Below are positions 23,140-32,000 of a stretch of DNA of 32,000 nt, in pieces. Where the stretch lies: positions 300,001-332,000 of the forward strand of contig NC_000917.1 of NCBI RefSeq assembly GCF_000008665.1, in the 5' to 3' direction. The stretch is from Archaeoglobus fulgidus DSM 4304 (lineage in GTDB: Archaea > Halobacteriota > Archaeoglobi > Archaeoglobales > Archaeoglobaceae). Both the position numbers and the translations under genes were made by a program. Below the pieces are notes generated by a model. That model worked only from the letters and a program-made list of their open reading frames with translations, was not told the origin of the DNA and searched no databases. Position 1 is the first letter of the stretch. Every line of letters begins with the position of its first letter.

Positions 23140-24542
23140 TCAGTCCTTTCAATCACAGCCTCTCCGAGACCTATCCACCTTACTCTGTAGCCGAAAGCCC
23201 GGATAGCGCTCTCTCCGAGACCGTACTTTTTAAGAATGGCTTTGATATCTTCGAGAGTTGATGGGTTCGAAACCTCAATCTCCCTTTTTATCTCCTCGAA
23301 AATCTCCCTCCTCACAGCATATTTCCCCGCGATCACGTACTCTGAAGGAACTTCCGCAAAGTTTTCCAGCTCCACAACGTCCCCCTCAACTTTCTTTTCC
23401 GGTTTATACCTCTTCAGCGCTTTAATAACCTCCCCGTAAGGGATTTTTCTGCTGAAGAGTATTACGTCTTTCACATTAGCTCCGCCGTCTCCAAAGTCCT
23501 CCCTTGCAATCAGAATCAGCGGAATTGAAGAGCTTTTAATCTTCTCAGCCTTCTTCCTGAGATACTCGTCCGTCCAGAAACCTGCTATTTCAATGTAAAC
23601 CTTCTTATCTCCCAAATTTACCGCAAAATCCGGTATAAATGCGTACTTTCCCGCTTTAACCACATCAGGCTCCCTCTCCACTTCGTAACCTAGCATCTGC
23701 ATCTTCCTTGCAAACTCCTCCTCGAGCGTTGAGTCGTAGGATAAGCGCTCCTCAACATCTGGAAAGAGGTCCCTTATCCTGTCGTCGATTTCCATGATGT
23801 ATAGCCTGTCGAAGTCCGAAATCTCAGCCCTGATGAACCAGTTTTTCGCCCGCAGTATCCACGGAATGAGCTTTGCAAAGGAGACGCCGTACTTTCGAGT
23901 CATCTTCAAGAGTGTTGCCGCTCCCGTAACCTCAACCATTAGCCTGCCAGAATCCTCATAAAGTTCGTACATCAACCCCAAACGCTTTATCGACCTGAAT
24001 ATTTCCTTATGTCTGTCGGATGCCCAGAACGTCAGCCTCAGAGCGTTGAAAAGGGTCGTCTGAAGAAGAGAAAGGTTGTAGAGCTTTATGAGGTTGTCGG
24101 GAGTCAAGGGTCTAAATTTCGTTAGAATCAACTCCTCTTCCCTGTCGGCATACATCGCCCTCTCAACCGTCTCAGGAGTAGTGCTGAAGTATCTCGCGAC
24201 ATACTCCAGAACCCTGTCCCTCTCCTTCTTAGACGTAACAAAGCCGTGTTCGAAGAGCAGCATTCTGACCTTTCTCGGCTCAAGCTCGCTGTCGACATCG
24301 AAGGCGCAGCTTTTCTCGATGCAGTGGTTCTCAAGCACCCTGATGAATCCCCTGACCTTCTTGAAGTTCTTCGCATTCTCAAGCTTTCTCGCCTGCTTCA
24401 TCAGATTGCCGTATTTCTTTCCCAATCCCTTCTTGAAAATCTCAATTACCTTTTCCGCCAGTTCGTAGTCCCTCTCATCCGCAAATTTCGGAAAAATTCT
24501 TCCCTTTGCCCTTCTGACGTCAAGCAGCTCCTTTGGCAGCAT
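23136..24542 (-). CDS. bax1: Bax1 (DUF790) XPB-associated endonuclease
   Basis: Length is 468 aa with N-terminus [20 protein letters not shown]. The gene sits immediately downstream of XPB and overlaps it by 23 nt, which is the classic archaeal XPB-Bax1 pairing. Confidence 0.8.
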
Positions 24543-25878
24543 TCTTTCTCCTCCTCGCTGTGTTCACCTCTCCTGTCCCTCTGGAAATCAGCTCATACAG
24601 CACGGCTTCCTTTTTCCCCTTGGACGGTCTGAGAATTCTCCCGAGTCGCTGGATGTACTCCCTCGCGCTACCGCTACCGCTCATTATCACACCGACGTTG
24701 GCATCAGGCACGTCAATCCCCTCGTCGAGAACCTGGCTGCTCACAATTGCCCTGAATCTGCCCGTCCTGAAGCCCTCAAGTATCTCCTCCCTCTCCTCCC
24801 TGCTGGTTCGATGCGTTATTGCCGGAATCAGAAAAACTTTCGAAATCCTGTAGACGAGCTCGTTGTGGCGGGTGAAGATTATGATTTTGTCTTTCCTGTG
24901 CCTCTCGAGTATCTCCCTCAGCTTCCTGATTTTGTTTTTGGAGTTAAAGGCTATCCTCCTCGCCTCTTCCCACGCCCTCAACGCCTCATAAGCCCTTTCA
25001 TCGTATCCAGAGGCCATAACTATCTTGTTGAAGTCCTCCGCCCTTCTCAGCGTTATTCCCCTTGCCCTGAGAAACTGCTTGTACACTTTCTCCCTTTTCT
25101 CGTACTCCACCCTCTCGTCCTCAGCAAGAGGGACAAAAATTCTTTTTATCGTGTATTTCGCAAGGTGCTTTCCCGCCAGGCTGTCTGGAAAAAGCTCGAA
25201 AACCTTCCCACCAACCACTTCCTTTAGAATTTCATGCCTTCCATCCTCCCTTTCGAAAGTTGCCGTCAGTCCCAGCCTGAAGGGAGCAATAGACATCTGA
25301 GCTATCTGGACGTAGGACTCGGCTGGAAGGTGGTGCACCTCATCGAAAATGAGAAGCATAAACCTGTTTCCCAGCTTTTCAGCGTTTACGTATGCGGAGT
25401 CGTAGGTTGAGACGGTGAGGGGTTTCAGCTCTTTTATTCTGCCACTGAACTCTCCAACGTACTCCTCACCGAAAATTCCCAGCCTCTCCTTCCACTGTTC
25501 AGCGAGGGCAAGAGTTGGGACCACAATAAGAGTTGGGGTTGAAAGCTCGTTAATAGCAGCCATTGCAACGTGAGTTTTTCCTGAGCCTGTTGGAAGGACA
25601 ATACAACCTCTTTTATCAACAAGCCACCTCTCCAGCGCCTTTTCCTGATAATCTCTCAGGCTGATTTCAGCATCGAAGTAGGGTGTGGGAATTGGGTCCG
25701 CTGCGTTGTCAACAAACTCAATGCCGTTACTTTCAAAGTACTCGATTATGTCCCTATATCTGAAGGCAAGCGCCCTGTAAGTTCCGCTTCGAGAATCGAA
25801 CTTAGCATGAGGAACGTGAGCATCACCTTTAACAACAATTGTTCCCCGTTCATAATATATTTCAGCAATCATTTGCAT
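24520..25878 (-). CDS. xpb: XPB/Rad25-type SF2 DNA helicase
   Basis: Has motif I PTGSGKT, motif II DEVH, the XPB-specific RED motif (TFEREDG), and helicase C motifs ([20 protein letters not shown]). Confidence 0.9.
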
Positions 25879-25977
25879 ACCTCCGTTTTCATACCTTTAA
25901 GCTTTGCTGGCAGGTGAATAACACTTTACTTCCTTCACAACGTTCTGCATCTTCAGCAGCCGCAACAACGGGAAAAA

Positions 25978-25984
25978 TTTATAT
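25978..25984 (+). promoter_or_regulatory. Putative TATA box (TTTATAT) for the PRC-barrel/DUF1614 pair
   Basis: Lies 23-29 nt upstream of ATG 26007. Confidence 0.4.
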
Positions 25985-26006
25985 GGATGGATTGAAAATT
26001 TAGTTC

Positions 26007-26246
26007 ATGTACGTTCCTGCGAGAAGTCTGGCGAGAAAGTCGGTCGTGCTCACGGATGGGACTGTTGTCGGAACTCTTTACAACATTACGGTTGACTTCA
26101 AAACCGGAACGATAGTCAATCTTCTTGTAAAGCCCGAAAATGAAATTCCCGATTTCAAGAAGGAAGAGGGGCTTTACATAATCCCCTTCGAGTGTGTGAG
26201 GTCTCTAAAAGACTTCATAGTTGTCGACAGAAGAAGAGTTAGATGA
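26007..26246 (+). CDS. PRC-barrel domain protein
   Basis: VVLTDGTVVGTLYNITVDFKTGTIVNLLVKP matches the PRC-barrel consensus. Length is 79 aa. Confidence 0.65.
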   Translation: MYVPARSLARKSVVLTDGTVVGTLYNITVDFKTGTIVNLLVKPENEIPDFKKEEGLYIIPFECVRSLKDFIVVDRRRVR

Positions 26247-26941
26247 GGGACTACATTTTCCCGCCTTTAATATTACCCCTTTTTCTGCTCCTTATTTTCC
26301 TCCCTCTCCTGCTTCTGATGTTTATCTTCACGGGCACTGCCGTCTTTCAGCTTGTTTTTGGTGTGAGTGCAAAAACAGCAATGCTTATCTTCTTCTTCAT
26401 ACTGGTTGGGAGCTTCATCAACATCCCAATCTACGAGAGGGAGGGCGTGGAATACGAAACGACCTACAGAATTTTCGGCCTGATGTATGTGGTCAAGAGA
26501 AGGCAGAAGATGGTGGTGGCGGTTAACCTGGGTGGTTGCGTTTTCCCATCAATTCTCGCTGTTAAGGCGATGCTGGACCTCCTCCACTACATCCCCCTAT
26601 CAGCATGGCTCACGACGTTTCTGCTGACCTCTGCGGTAATATACTACTTCGCCAAGCCCGTTCCCAATGTTGGGATTGTTGTGCCAATGCTAATCCCACC
26701 GCTAACAGCGGCATTTTTCAGCTTCCTGACTCTCGCAATGATTGACGCCCACATGGCTCTGCTACCAAAGCTCTCGTTCTCAACAGGAGTTCTCTCAGCC
26801 CTCTTCGGAGCGGACATCCTTCATCTGAAGGATTTAAACAAAATAGGTTCGGGAGTCGTGAGCATTGGCGGTGCTGGAACCTTTGACGGCATCTTCCTTA
26901 CCGGAATATTTGCGGTAATCTTCTCAGTTCTGTTCGTCTAA
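26243..26941 (+). CDS. Polytopic membrane protein, probably DUF1614 family
   Basis: Has 6-7 hydrophobic segments and a conserved-looking IGGAGTFDGIFLTG. Its ATGA overlaps the PRC-barrel gene. Confidence 0.55.
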   Translation: MRDYIFPPLILPLFLLLIFLPLLLLMFIFTGTAVFQLVFGVSAKTAMLIFFFILVGSFINIPIYEREGVEYETTYRIFGLMYVVKRRQKMVVAVNLGGCVFPSILAVKAMLDLLHYIPLSAWLTTFLLTSAVIYYFAKPVPNVGIVVPMLIPPLTAAFFSFLTLAMIDAHMALLPKLSFSTGVLSALFGADILHLKDLNKIGSGVVSIGGAGTFDGIFLTGIFAVIFSVLFV

Positions 26942-27841
26942 ATCTTCAACGAGGTCTCTCACGGCCATTCTCACAGCTTCCTCGCTGTTGTATCTTGGCT
27001 TCCATCCCAGCCTTTTCAGCTTTTCAATGCTGAGGAGCATTACCGGCACGTCTCCCTTCCACCCCCTATCTCCTCCCGTGAATCTGAATCTGGGAGACAG
27101 TCCAAGCTCCTCGCAGACTATTTCGGCAATTCTCTTCACCTTAATCTGATCCTCGCTGCCTATGTTGAATATGTTGACTCTCTCATCGCCCCTCAGACCG
27201 AAAAGCATCGCATCAACGCAGTCGGAAATGTAGATGTAGGATTTGTTCTGCTCTCCATTACCGAGAATTTCAAGCTCCTCCGGATTCCTTTTCAGCTTCA
27301 TTATGAAGTCGTATATCACGCCGTGTGTGCTCCTCCTCCCGATGACATTGGCGAATCTGTAAATCCACGCCTGCATGTCAAAGGTATGGCAGTAGGACTC
27401 GATCAGAGCTTCGCAGGCAAGCTTCGAAGCACCGTAAAGGCTTATTGGGTGCGTGGGGTAGTCCTCGGGAGTTGGAATCACCTTAGCCTCACCGTAAACG
27501 GTCGAAGTGGAGGTGAAAACTATCCTTGACACCCCCGCTTTTCTCATGGCCTCGAGCAGTCTGTAAGTTGCGAGAACGTTGTTTCTGTAAATTTCATCGG
27601 GATTTTCAGCCCCAATTCTCACATCTGGGTTCGCGGCGATGTGCCAGACCTCTTCAGCACCTTTCAGGTAATCCTTGATGTCATCAGCAGCCAAATCAGC
27701 TTTAACGAGCCTTGCCGCCTCGTTGACAAACTCCTCGTTTCCGCTGGAGAGGTTGTCAATAACTACTATTTCGTTTGATTCTGACAGTTTATCGACGACA
27801 TGGCTGCCTATAAATCCTGCTCCTCCCGTCACCACAATCAT
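26924..27841 (-). CDS. NAD-dependent sugar-nucleotide epimerase/dehydratase (GalE-like SDR)
   Basis: Has the Rossmann motif VTGGAGFIGSHV and the catalytic YGASK (YxxxK). Confidence 0.88.
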   Translation of the reverse strand: MIVVTGGAGFIGSHVVDKLSESNEIVVIDNLSSGNEEFVNEAARLVKADLAADDIKDYLKGAEEVWHIAANPDVRIGAENPDEIYRNNVLATYRLLEAMRKAGVSRIVFTSTSTVYGEAKVIPTPEDYPTHPISLYGASKLACEALIESYCHTFDMQAWIYRFANVIGRRSTHGVIYDFIMKLKRNPEELEILGNGEQNKSYIYISDCVDAMLFGLRGDERVNIFNIGSEDQIKVKRIAEIVCEELGLSPRFRFTGGDRGWKGDVPVMLLSIEKLKRLGWKPRYNSEEAVRMAVRDLVEDLDEQN

Positions 27842-27900
27842 TGGGAAAGATTTTAAAATGAGTTGTTATATACTTTTTCTGCACAGGTCAGCGAGGTGAT

Positions 27901-28128
27901 ATGGTGCTTCCAAATCAGATGGTAAAGTCAATGGTGGGAAAGATAATAAGGGTCGAAATGAAGGGCGAGGAGAACCAGTTAGTCGGGAAACTTGAGGGTG
28001 TGGACGACTACATGAACCTATACTTGACAAACGCGATGGAGTGCAAGGGGGAGGAGAAGGTAAGGAGCCTGGGAGAAATAGTGCTCAGAGGTAATAACGT
28101 CGTTCTAATCCAGCCGCAAGAAGAATGA
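27901..28128 (+). CDS. Archaeal Sm-like protein (SmAP, Sm2 type)
   Basis: Sm1/Sm2 motifs are present: IRVEMKGEENQLVGKLEGVDDYMNLYL and IVLRGNNVVLI. GAGGTGA precedes the ATG. Confidence 0.92.
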   Translation: MVLPNQMVKSMVGKIIRVEMKGEENQLVGKLEGVDDYMNLYLTNAMECKGEEKVRSLGEIVLRGNNVVLIQPQEE

Positions 28129-28511
28129 CGGAATTTCAGATTACCGACACAAGAGAAGAAATATTAAAGATTCTCGAGGAGAGAGGAGCTGTTCTCCAGA
28201 AGGACCTTTGGAAGGAGCTCAACATAGACAGCAGCAAGTGCTCAAGGATACTCAGGAAACTGGAGAAGGAGGGGCTGATAAAGAGAGTAGAGGTTGTCGT
28301 TGATGGAGTAAAGACCTTCAAGATTATCCCCGCGGGTGCGGAGGAGGAGGTGGAAGAGGAGGAAGAGCTGGACCTGAAGGCGGTTCTCGACAGAATGGAA
28401 GAGGTTGCAGGCTATCCGCCATGCTTTGCCTGCACAGAGATAGATTGCGATGCCAAGGAGTGCATAAAACTCGAGGTGTGGTTTCTGGGTAAGTGTAGAA
28501 TGCTGGGCTAA
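28125..28511 (+). CDS. Winged-helix DNA-binding protein with acidic linker and C-terminal Cys4(+1) cluster
   Basis: The wHTH reads LQKDLWKELNIDSSKCSRILRKLEKEGLIKR. The linker is EEEVEEEEE. The cluster is C100-x2-C103-x4-C108-x4-C113, with an additional C124. ATGA overlaps the Sm gene. Confidence 0.6.
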   Translation: MTEFQITDTREEILKILEERGAVLQKDLWKELNIDSSKCSRILRKLEKEGLIKRVEVVVDGVKTFKIIPAGAEEEVEEEEELDLKAVLDRMEEVAGYPPCFACTEIDCDAKECIKLEVWFLGKCRMLG

Positions 28512-28545
28512 GTTATTTTAACACGTTTGTCCAATTTGTGAGAGG

Positions 28546-30411
28546 ATGAATGAGGAAGTAAGGGAAATCCTTGGCGGGCTGGACTTTGAATCCACAAAGG
28601 ACGTTGCTGTTCCAGAGAGGTTGATAGACCAGGTTATAGGTCAGGATCATGCGGTTGAGGCCATAAAGAAGGCAGCTGTTCAGAAAAGGCATGTAATGCT
28701 CATCGGCTCACCAGGAACCGGAAAGTCCATGCTCGCCAAGGCGATGGCAGAGCTTTTGCCGAAGGAGGAGCTTGAGGACATCTTAGTTTACCCCAACCCT
28801 CAAGACCCAAATCAGCCAAAAATAAGGCTCGTTCCCGCAGGGAAGGGAAGGGAGATTGTAGAGGCCTACAAAGAGGAGGCGATGAAGAAGGCCCAGGCGA
28901 GGAACTTCCTGATCTTCACCCTCGTCTTCCTCGTCATAGGCTACACCGTGCTGACAAATCCGGGAAATCTGATCTGGGGAATCATTGCAGCAGTGCTGAT
29001 TCTAATGATGTCCCGCTACTTCATACCAAGAGAGGACAGAAACGTTCCGAAGCTGCTGGTTGACAACTCGGACAAGGTTACCGCTCCCTTCGAAGATGCG
29101 ACTGGAGCACATGCCGGAGCACTGTTTGGTGACGTTCGCCACGACCCCTTCCAGAGCGGCGGTCTTGAAACTCCAGCCCACGAGAGGGTTGAGGCGGGTG
29201 CAATCCACAGGGCCCACAAGGGAGTTCTCTACATTGACGAGATAAACACACTGACAATCGAATCCCAGCAGAAGCTTCTCACAGCCCTTCAGGACAAGAA
29301 GTTCCCAATCACTGGGCAGAGTGAGAGGAGCAGCGGTGCAATGGTGAGAACCGAGCCGGTGCCATGCGACTTCATTCTGGTTGCTGCCGGCAACCTCGAC
29401 GCCTTGATGGGGATGCATCCAGCTCTGAGAAGCAGAATCGAGGGCTACGGTTACGAGGTGTACATGAACGATACGATGCCCGACACTCCCGAAAACAGGC
29501 AGAAACTGGTAAGATTTGTTGCCCAGGAAGTTGTCAAGGACGGCAAGATTCCGCACTTCGACAAGTATGCTGTGGCGGAAATAATCAAAGAAGCCAGGAG
29601 GAGGGCTGGAAGAAGGAACCACCTCACCCTGAGACTGAGAGAGCTTGGAGGTCTTGTGAGGACTGCTGGCGATATTGCGAAAAGCGAGGGGTCGGATATC
29701 GTGAGGCTGGAGCACGTTTTGAAGGCAAAGAAGATTGCAAAAACAATCGAGGAGCAGCTTGCAGACAAATACATTGAAAGAAGAAAGGACTATAAGCTCT
29801 TCATCACGGAAGGATACGAAGTTGGAAGGGTTAACGGCCTGGCGGTTATAGGAGAGTCGGCAGGAATAGTTCTGCCAATTATTGCTGAAGTAACTCCTTC
29901 AATGAGCAAATCTGAGGGAAGGGTTATTGCCACCGGCAGGCTACAGGAAATTGCGAGAGAAGCTGTGATGAACGTCTCGGCAATCATCAAAAAGTACACA
30001 GGCAGAGACATTTCAAACATGGACGTTCACATCCAGTTCGTCGGAACCTACGAGGGTGTTGAGGGCGACTCTGCAAGCATAAGCATTGCAACAGCAGTGA
30101 TTTCGGCAATTGAAGGAATACCCGTCGACCAGTCGGTGGCGATGACCGGAAGCCTTTCTGTTAAGGGTGAAGTGCTTCCAGTGGGTGGTGTAACGCAGAA
30201 AATCGAGGCGGCGATTCAGGCAGGTCTGAAGAAGGTAATCATACCGAAGGACAACATAGACGATGTGCTGTTGGATGCGGAGCACGAGGGCAAAATAGAG
30301 GTGATTCCGGTTTCGAGAATCAACGAAGTTCTTGAGCACGTGCTTGAGGACGGTAAAAAGAAAAACAGGCTGATGAGCAAGTTCAAGGAGCTTGAGCTTG
30401 CCGCAGTCTGA
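28546..30411 (+). CDS. lonB: Membrane-anchored archaeal Lon protease LonB
   Basis: Has Walker A GSPGTGKS, two TM helices inserted before Walker B (VLYIDEI), the protease Ser motif GDSASI, and the Lys of the dyad in TQKIEAA. Confidence 0.93.
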   Translation: MNEEVREILGGLDFESTKDVAVPERLIDQVIGQDHAVEAIKKAAVQKRHVMLIGSPGTGKSMLAKAMAELLPKEELEDILVYPNPQDPNQPKIRLVPAGKGREIVEAYKEEAMKKAQARNFLIFTLVFLVIGYTVLTNPGNLIWGIIAAVLILMMSRYFIPREDRNVPKLLVDNSDKVTAPFEDATGAHAGALFGDVRHDPFQSGGLETPAHERVEAGAIHRAHKGVLYIDEINTLTIESQQKLLTALQDKKFPITGQSERSSGAMVRTEPVPCDFILVAAGNLDALMGMHPALRSRIEGYGYEVYMNDTMPDTPENRQKLVRFVAQEVVKDGKIPHFDKYAVAEIIKEARRRAGRRNHLTLRLRELGGLVRTAGDIAKSEGSDIVRLEHVLKAKKIAKTIEEQLADKYIERRKDYKLFITEGYEVGRVNGLAVIGESAGIVLPIIAEVTPSMSKSEGRVIATGRLQEIAREAVMNVSAIIKKYTGRDISNMDVHIQFVGTYEGVEGDSASISIATAVISAIEGIPVDQSVAMTGSLSVKGEVLPVGGVTQKIEAAIQAGLKKVIIPKDNIDDVLLDAEHEGKIEVIPVSRINEVLEHVLEDGKKKNRLMSKFKELELAAV

Positions 30412-30939
30412 CTATTTTTCGACTACAATCAGCTTTCCAAATCCCTCTTTTATCTCCGCCTTCAAATTCTGACCTTCAAAGACCTTTTCAAGAAAAGTTT
30501 TGACGAACCTCTTGATTTTCAGGTCGTTGAGGATGAGCGTGTAAACACCGTTTCCTTCATCCTTTATCTCATACCAGTTGGCCTTCTCCACGTACCTCAG
30601 AATTTTTTCAACGGTGTCAAGACCCTTCATCTTGTACTGCACTGCGTGGCTTAACCCAATTTCCTCCATCTGCCTCCAGAACTCAGAGTTGTTCACCCCC
30701 TCAATTTCATTGAAAATTACCCTCCAGTGCTCGATGTCAAGAATCATGTGCTGCCTCTTCGCCAGATAGTCAACCCAAGCCTCAAGCGAGTCTGTATCGA
30801 CTCCTAACTGATAAATATCGTACCCGAGGTCGATGAGGTCGCGAATAAGCTCGCTTGTGCTTTTACCAGTCATCTTCCTCATTTTCTCCAACTTTTCCTT
30901 GGATTTGTCATCGAGAGAAACACTCAATCTTTCTGCCAT
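30412..30939 (-). CDS. Ribbon-helix-helix (CopG/Arc/MetJ) DNA-binding protein with ~125-aa uncharacterised C-terminal domain
   Basis: The RHH N-terminus reads RLSVSLDDKSKEKLEKMRKMTGKSTSELIRDLIDLG. Its stop codon abuts the lonB stop codon with zero spacing. Confidence 0.65.
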   Translation of the reverse strand: MAERLSVSLDDKSKEKLEKMRKMTGKSTSELIRDLIDLGYDIYQLGVDTDSLEAWVDYLAKRQHMILDIEHWRVIFNEIEGVNNSEFWRQMEEIGLSHAVQYKMKGLDTVEKILRYVEKANWYEIKDEGNGVYTLILNDLKIKRFVKTFLEKVFEGQNLKAEIKEGFGKLIVVEK

Positions 30940-30981
30940 TGTTCCTTTTTAATATCGCTGATTAATTACTCTTTCGATGGT

Positions 30982-31036
30982 ACAACAAGGTACATTGTTG
31001 TGCACTGCAGTGCAATTGTGAGCAAATTTGCGCAAA
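30982..31036. promoter_or_regulatory. Cluster of four palindromes between the RHH gene and acs
   Basis: ACAACAA-N6-TTGTTGT lies at 30982-31001, TGCACTGCAGTGCA at 31001-31014, GCAAATTTGC at 31022-31031 and TTTGCGCAAA at 31027-31036. CGCAAAA is repeated at 31031 and 31051. Confidence 0.45.
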
Positions 31037-31157
31037 AGTGTTTTAATTTTCGCAAAAATTTTCATTTTTAATCGTTAATCCCAAATAAAGTTAAATATCA
31101 ATAATTTAACCTATTTTTGGTGATGAATAGATGACGGACTTTAAGGGGGGAGTTTAG

Positions 31158-32000
31158 ATGGCAGACCCGATGGAAGCTATGAAAAAAGAGTTTGAGAACC
31201 GCATCATTCCACCAAGCTGGAAGGACAGGGTTTGGGAAATAGAAGATTACAGGAAGTTCCACGAGGACACCATCAAGGACAAGGAATCGATAGAGAAGTG
31301 GTGGGAGAAGTGGGCAAACGAGATTTTCTGGTTCAGGAAGTGGGACAGGGCTCTTGACGATAGCAACCCGCCCTTCTACAGGTGGTTTGTTGGCGGAGAG
31401 ACGAATCTCGCTTACCTCTGTACCGACTGGCAGATTGAGCAGGGAAGGAAGAACAAGGTGGCGATTATCTGGGAAGGAGAGCCGGTTAAGGAAAATGGAG
31501 AGCCGGTTGAAGTGAGAAAGCTAACTTACTACGACCTTTACAGGGAATCGAACAGGATTGCCGCGATGCTGAAGGACAAGCTTGGAGTTAAGAAGGACGA
31601 GATCCTGACCTTCTACCTGCCAATGATTCCTGAACTGCCGCTTTTCATGCTTGGAGTGCAGAGAATAGGGGCGAAGCACAGCATAGTGTTCAGCGGATTC
31701 AGTGCTCAGGCTCTGGCGGTTAGAATAATGGATGCTGGTGCGAGGTATGTTGTCACTGCAGATGGCGTTTACAGGAGAGGGAAGGTGCTGAACCTCAAAG
31801 CGATTGTAGATGACGCCGTTAAGATTTGCGAGCAGGAGGGTCACAAGGTTGAGAAGGTTATCGTGGTCAAGAGAGCAGGAAATGAAATCCCGTGGAACGA
31901 TAGCAGAGATGTTTGGTTTGAGGACCTGATGGCAGACATTGGAAAGAACGTGAAGGTTGAGTGCGAGAAAATGGGTTCTGAGGACTTCAGCTTCATCCTA
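31158..32000 (+). CDS. acs: AMP-forming acetyl-CoA synthetase, 3'-partial (runs off window)
   Basis: This gene is not in the ORF track because no stop occurs inside the window. Hand translation gives MADPMEAMKKEFENRIIPPSWKD..YRWFVGGETNLAYLCTD..LTYYDLYRESNRIAAML..HSIVFSGFSAQAL. GGGGGGAG precedes the ATG. Confidence 0.88.
   Translation, partial: MADPMEAMKKEFENRIIPPSWKDRVWEIEDYRKFHEDTIKDKESIEKWWEKWANEIFWFRKWDRALDDSNPPFYRWFVGGETNLAYLCTDWQIEQGRKNKVAIIWEGEPVKENGEPVEVRKLTYYDLYRESNRIAAMLKDKLGVKKDEILTFYLPMIPELPLFMLGVQRIGAKHSIVFSGFSAQALAVRIMDAGARYVVTADGVYRRGKVLNLKAIVDDAVKICEQEGHKVEKVIVVKRAGNEIPWNDSRDVWFEDLMADIGKNVKVECEKMGSEDFSFIL

Noticed and set aside
29002-29715. 237-aa ORF on the minus strand
   Set aside because: It is antisense to the lonB AAA+ module. 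It is a shadow ORF.
1-32000. CRISPR arrays, IS elements/transposases, rRNA genes, toxin-antitoxin pairs, known defence systems
   Set aside because: I saw no regularly spaced direct repeats, no transposase or integrase-like ORFs, and no rRNA-like sequence on either strand. The RHH protein has no adjacent toxin partner.

Overview
This is a gene-dense archaeal chromosome segment with short intergenic regions. Many neighbouring genes overlap by 4-26 nt, and TATA-like boxes sit about 21-31 nt upstream of many start codons, which suggests mostly leaderless mRNAs. Several proteins match what I remember of Archaeoglobus fulgidus: an Sm2-type Sm protein, the Zn/[2Fe-2S]-type CopZ, a neelaredoxin-type superoxide reductase, membrane LonB, XPB-Bax1 and a short AglB. 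That is recognition from memory, not a database search.

Gene order:
- aglB (5'-partial)
- a minus-strand operon of three metalloprotease-family genes (M50 S2P-CBS, TraB, archaemetzincin)
- abfD-like dehydratase plus a tiny 4-Cys protein
- PCNA, PriL, and a convergent histone
- an orphan FlaI/VirB11-type ATPase
- Fe-ADH and tungsten-type AOR
- an oxidative-stress island (mini-rubredoxin, His-less rubrerythrin-like protein, WrbA-like flavoprotein, SOR)
- a small GNAT fusion, CopZ, a TDT transporter, an AhpD/CMD-like protein and a mini-USP
- a decayed TauE gene and tRNA-Leu(UAG)
- four tandem KaiC/RadC-like genes
- ferredoxin and a PfkB kinase
- Bax1 and XPB
- a PRC-barrel protein, a DUF1614-like membrane protein and a GalE-like epimerase
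- Sm and a wHTH/Cys4 protein
- LonB, an RHH regulator, and acs (3'-partial)

I saw no CRISPR array, IS element or rRNA.

Most notable observations:
- The KaiC-like cassette shows graded loss of catalytic motifs across its four genes.
- The TauE wreck is fused to unrelated sequence next to the tRNA.
- An exact 14-mer operator-like motif is shared by the two redox-defence promoters.
- A mini-rubredoxin gene is missing from the ORF track.
- PriL carries a Cys8 ferredoxin-like insertion.
- The RHH/acs control region is dense in palindromes.
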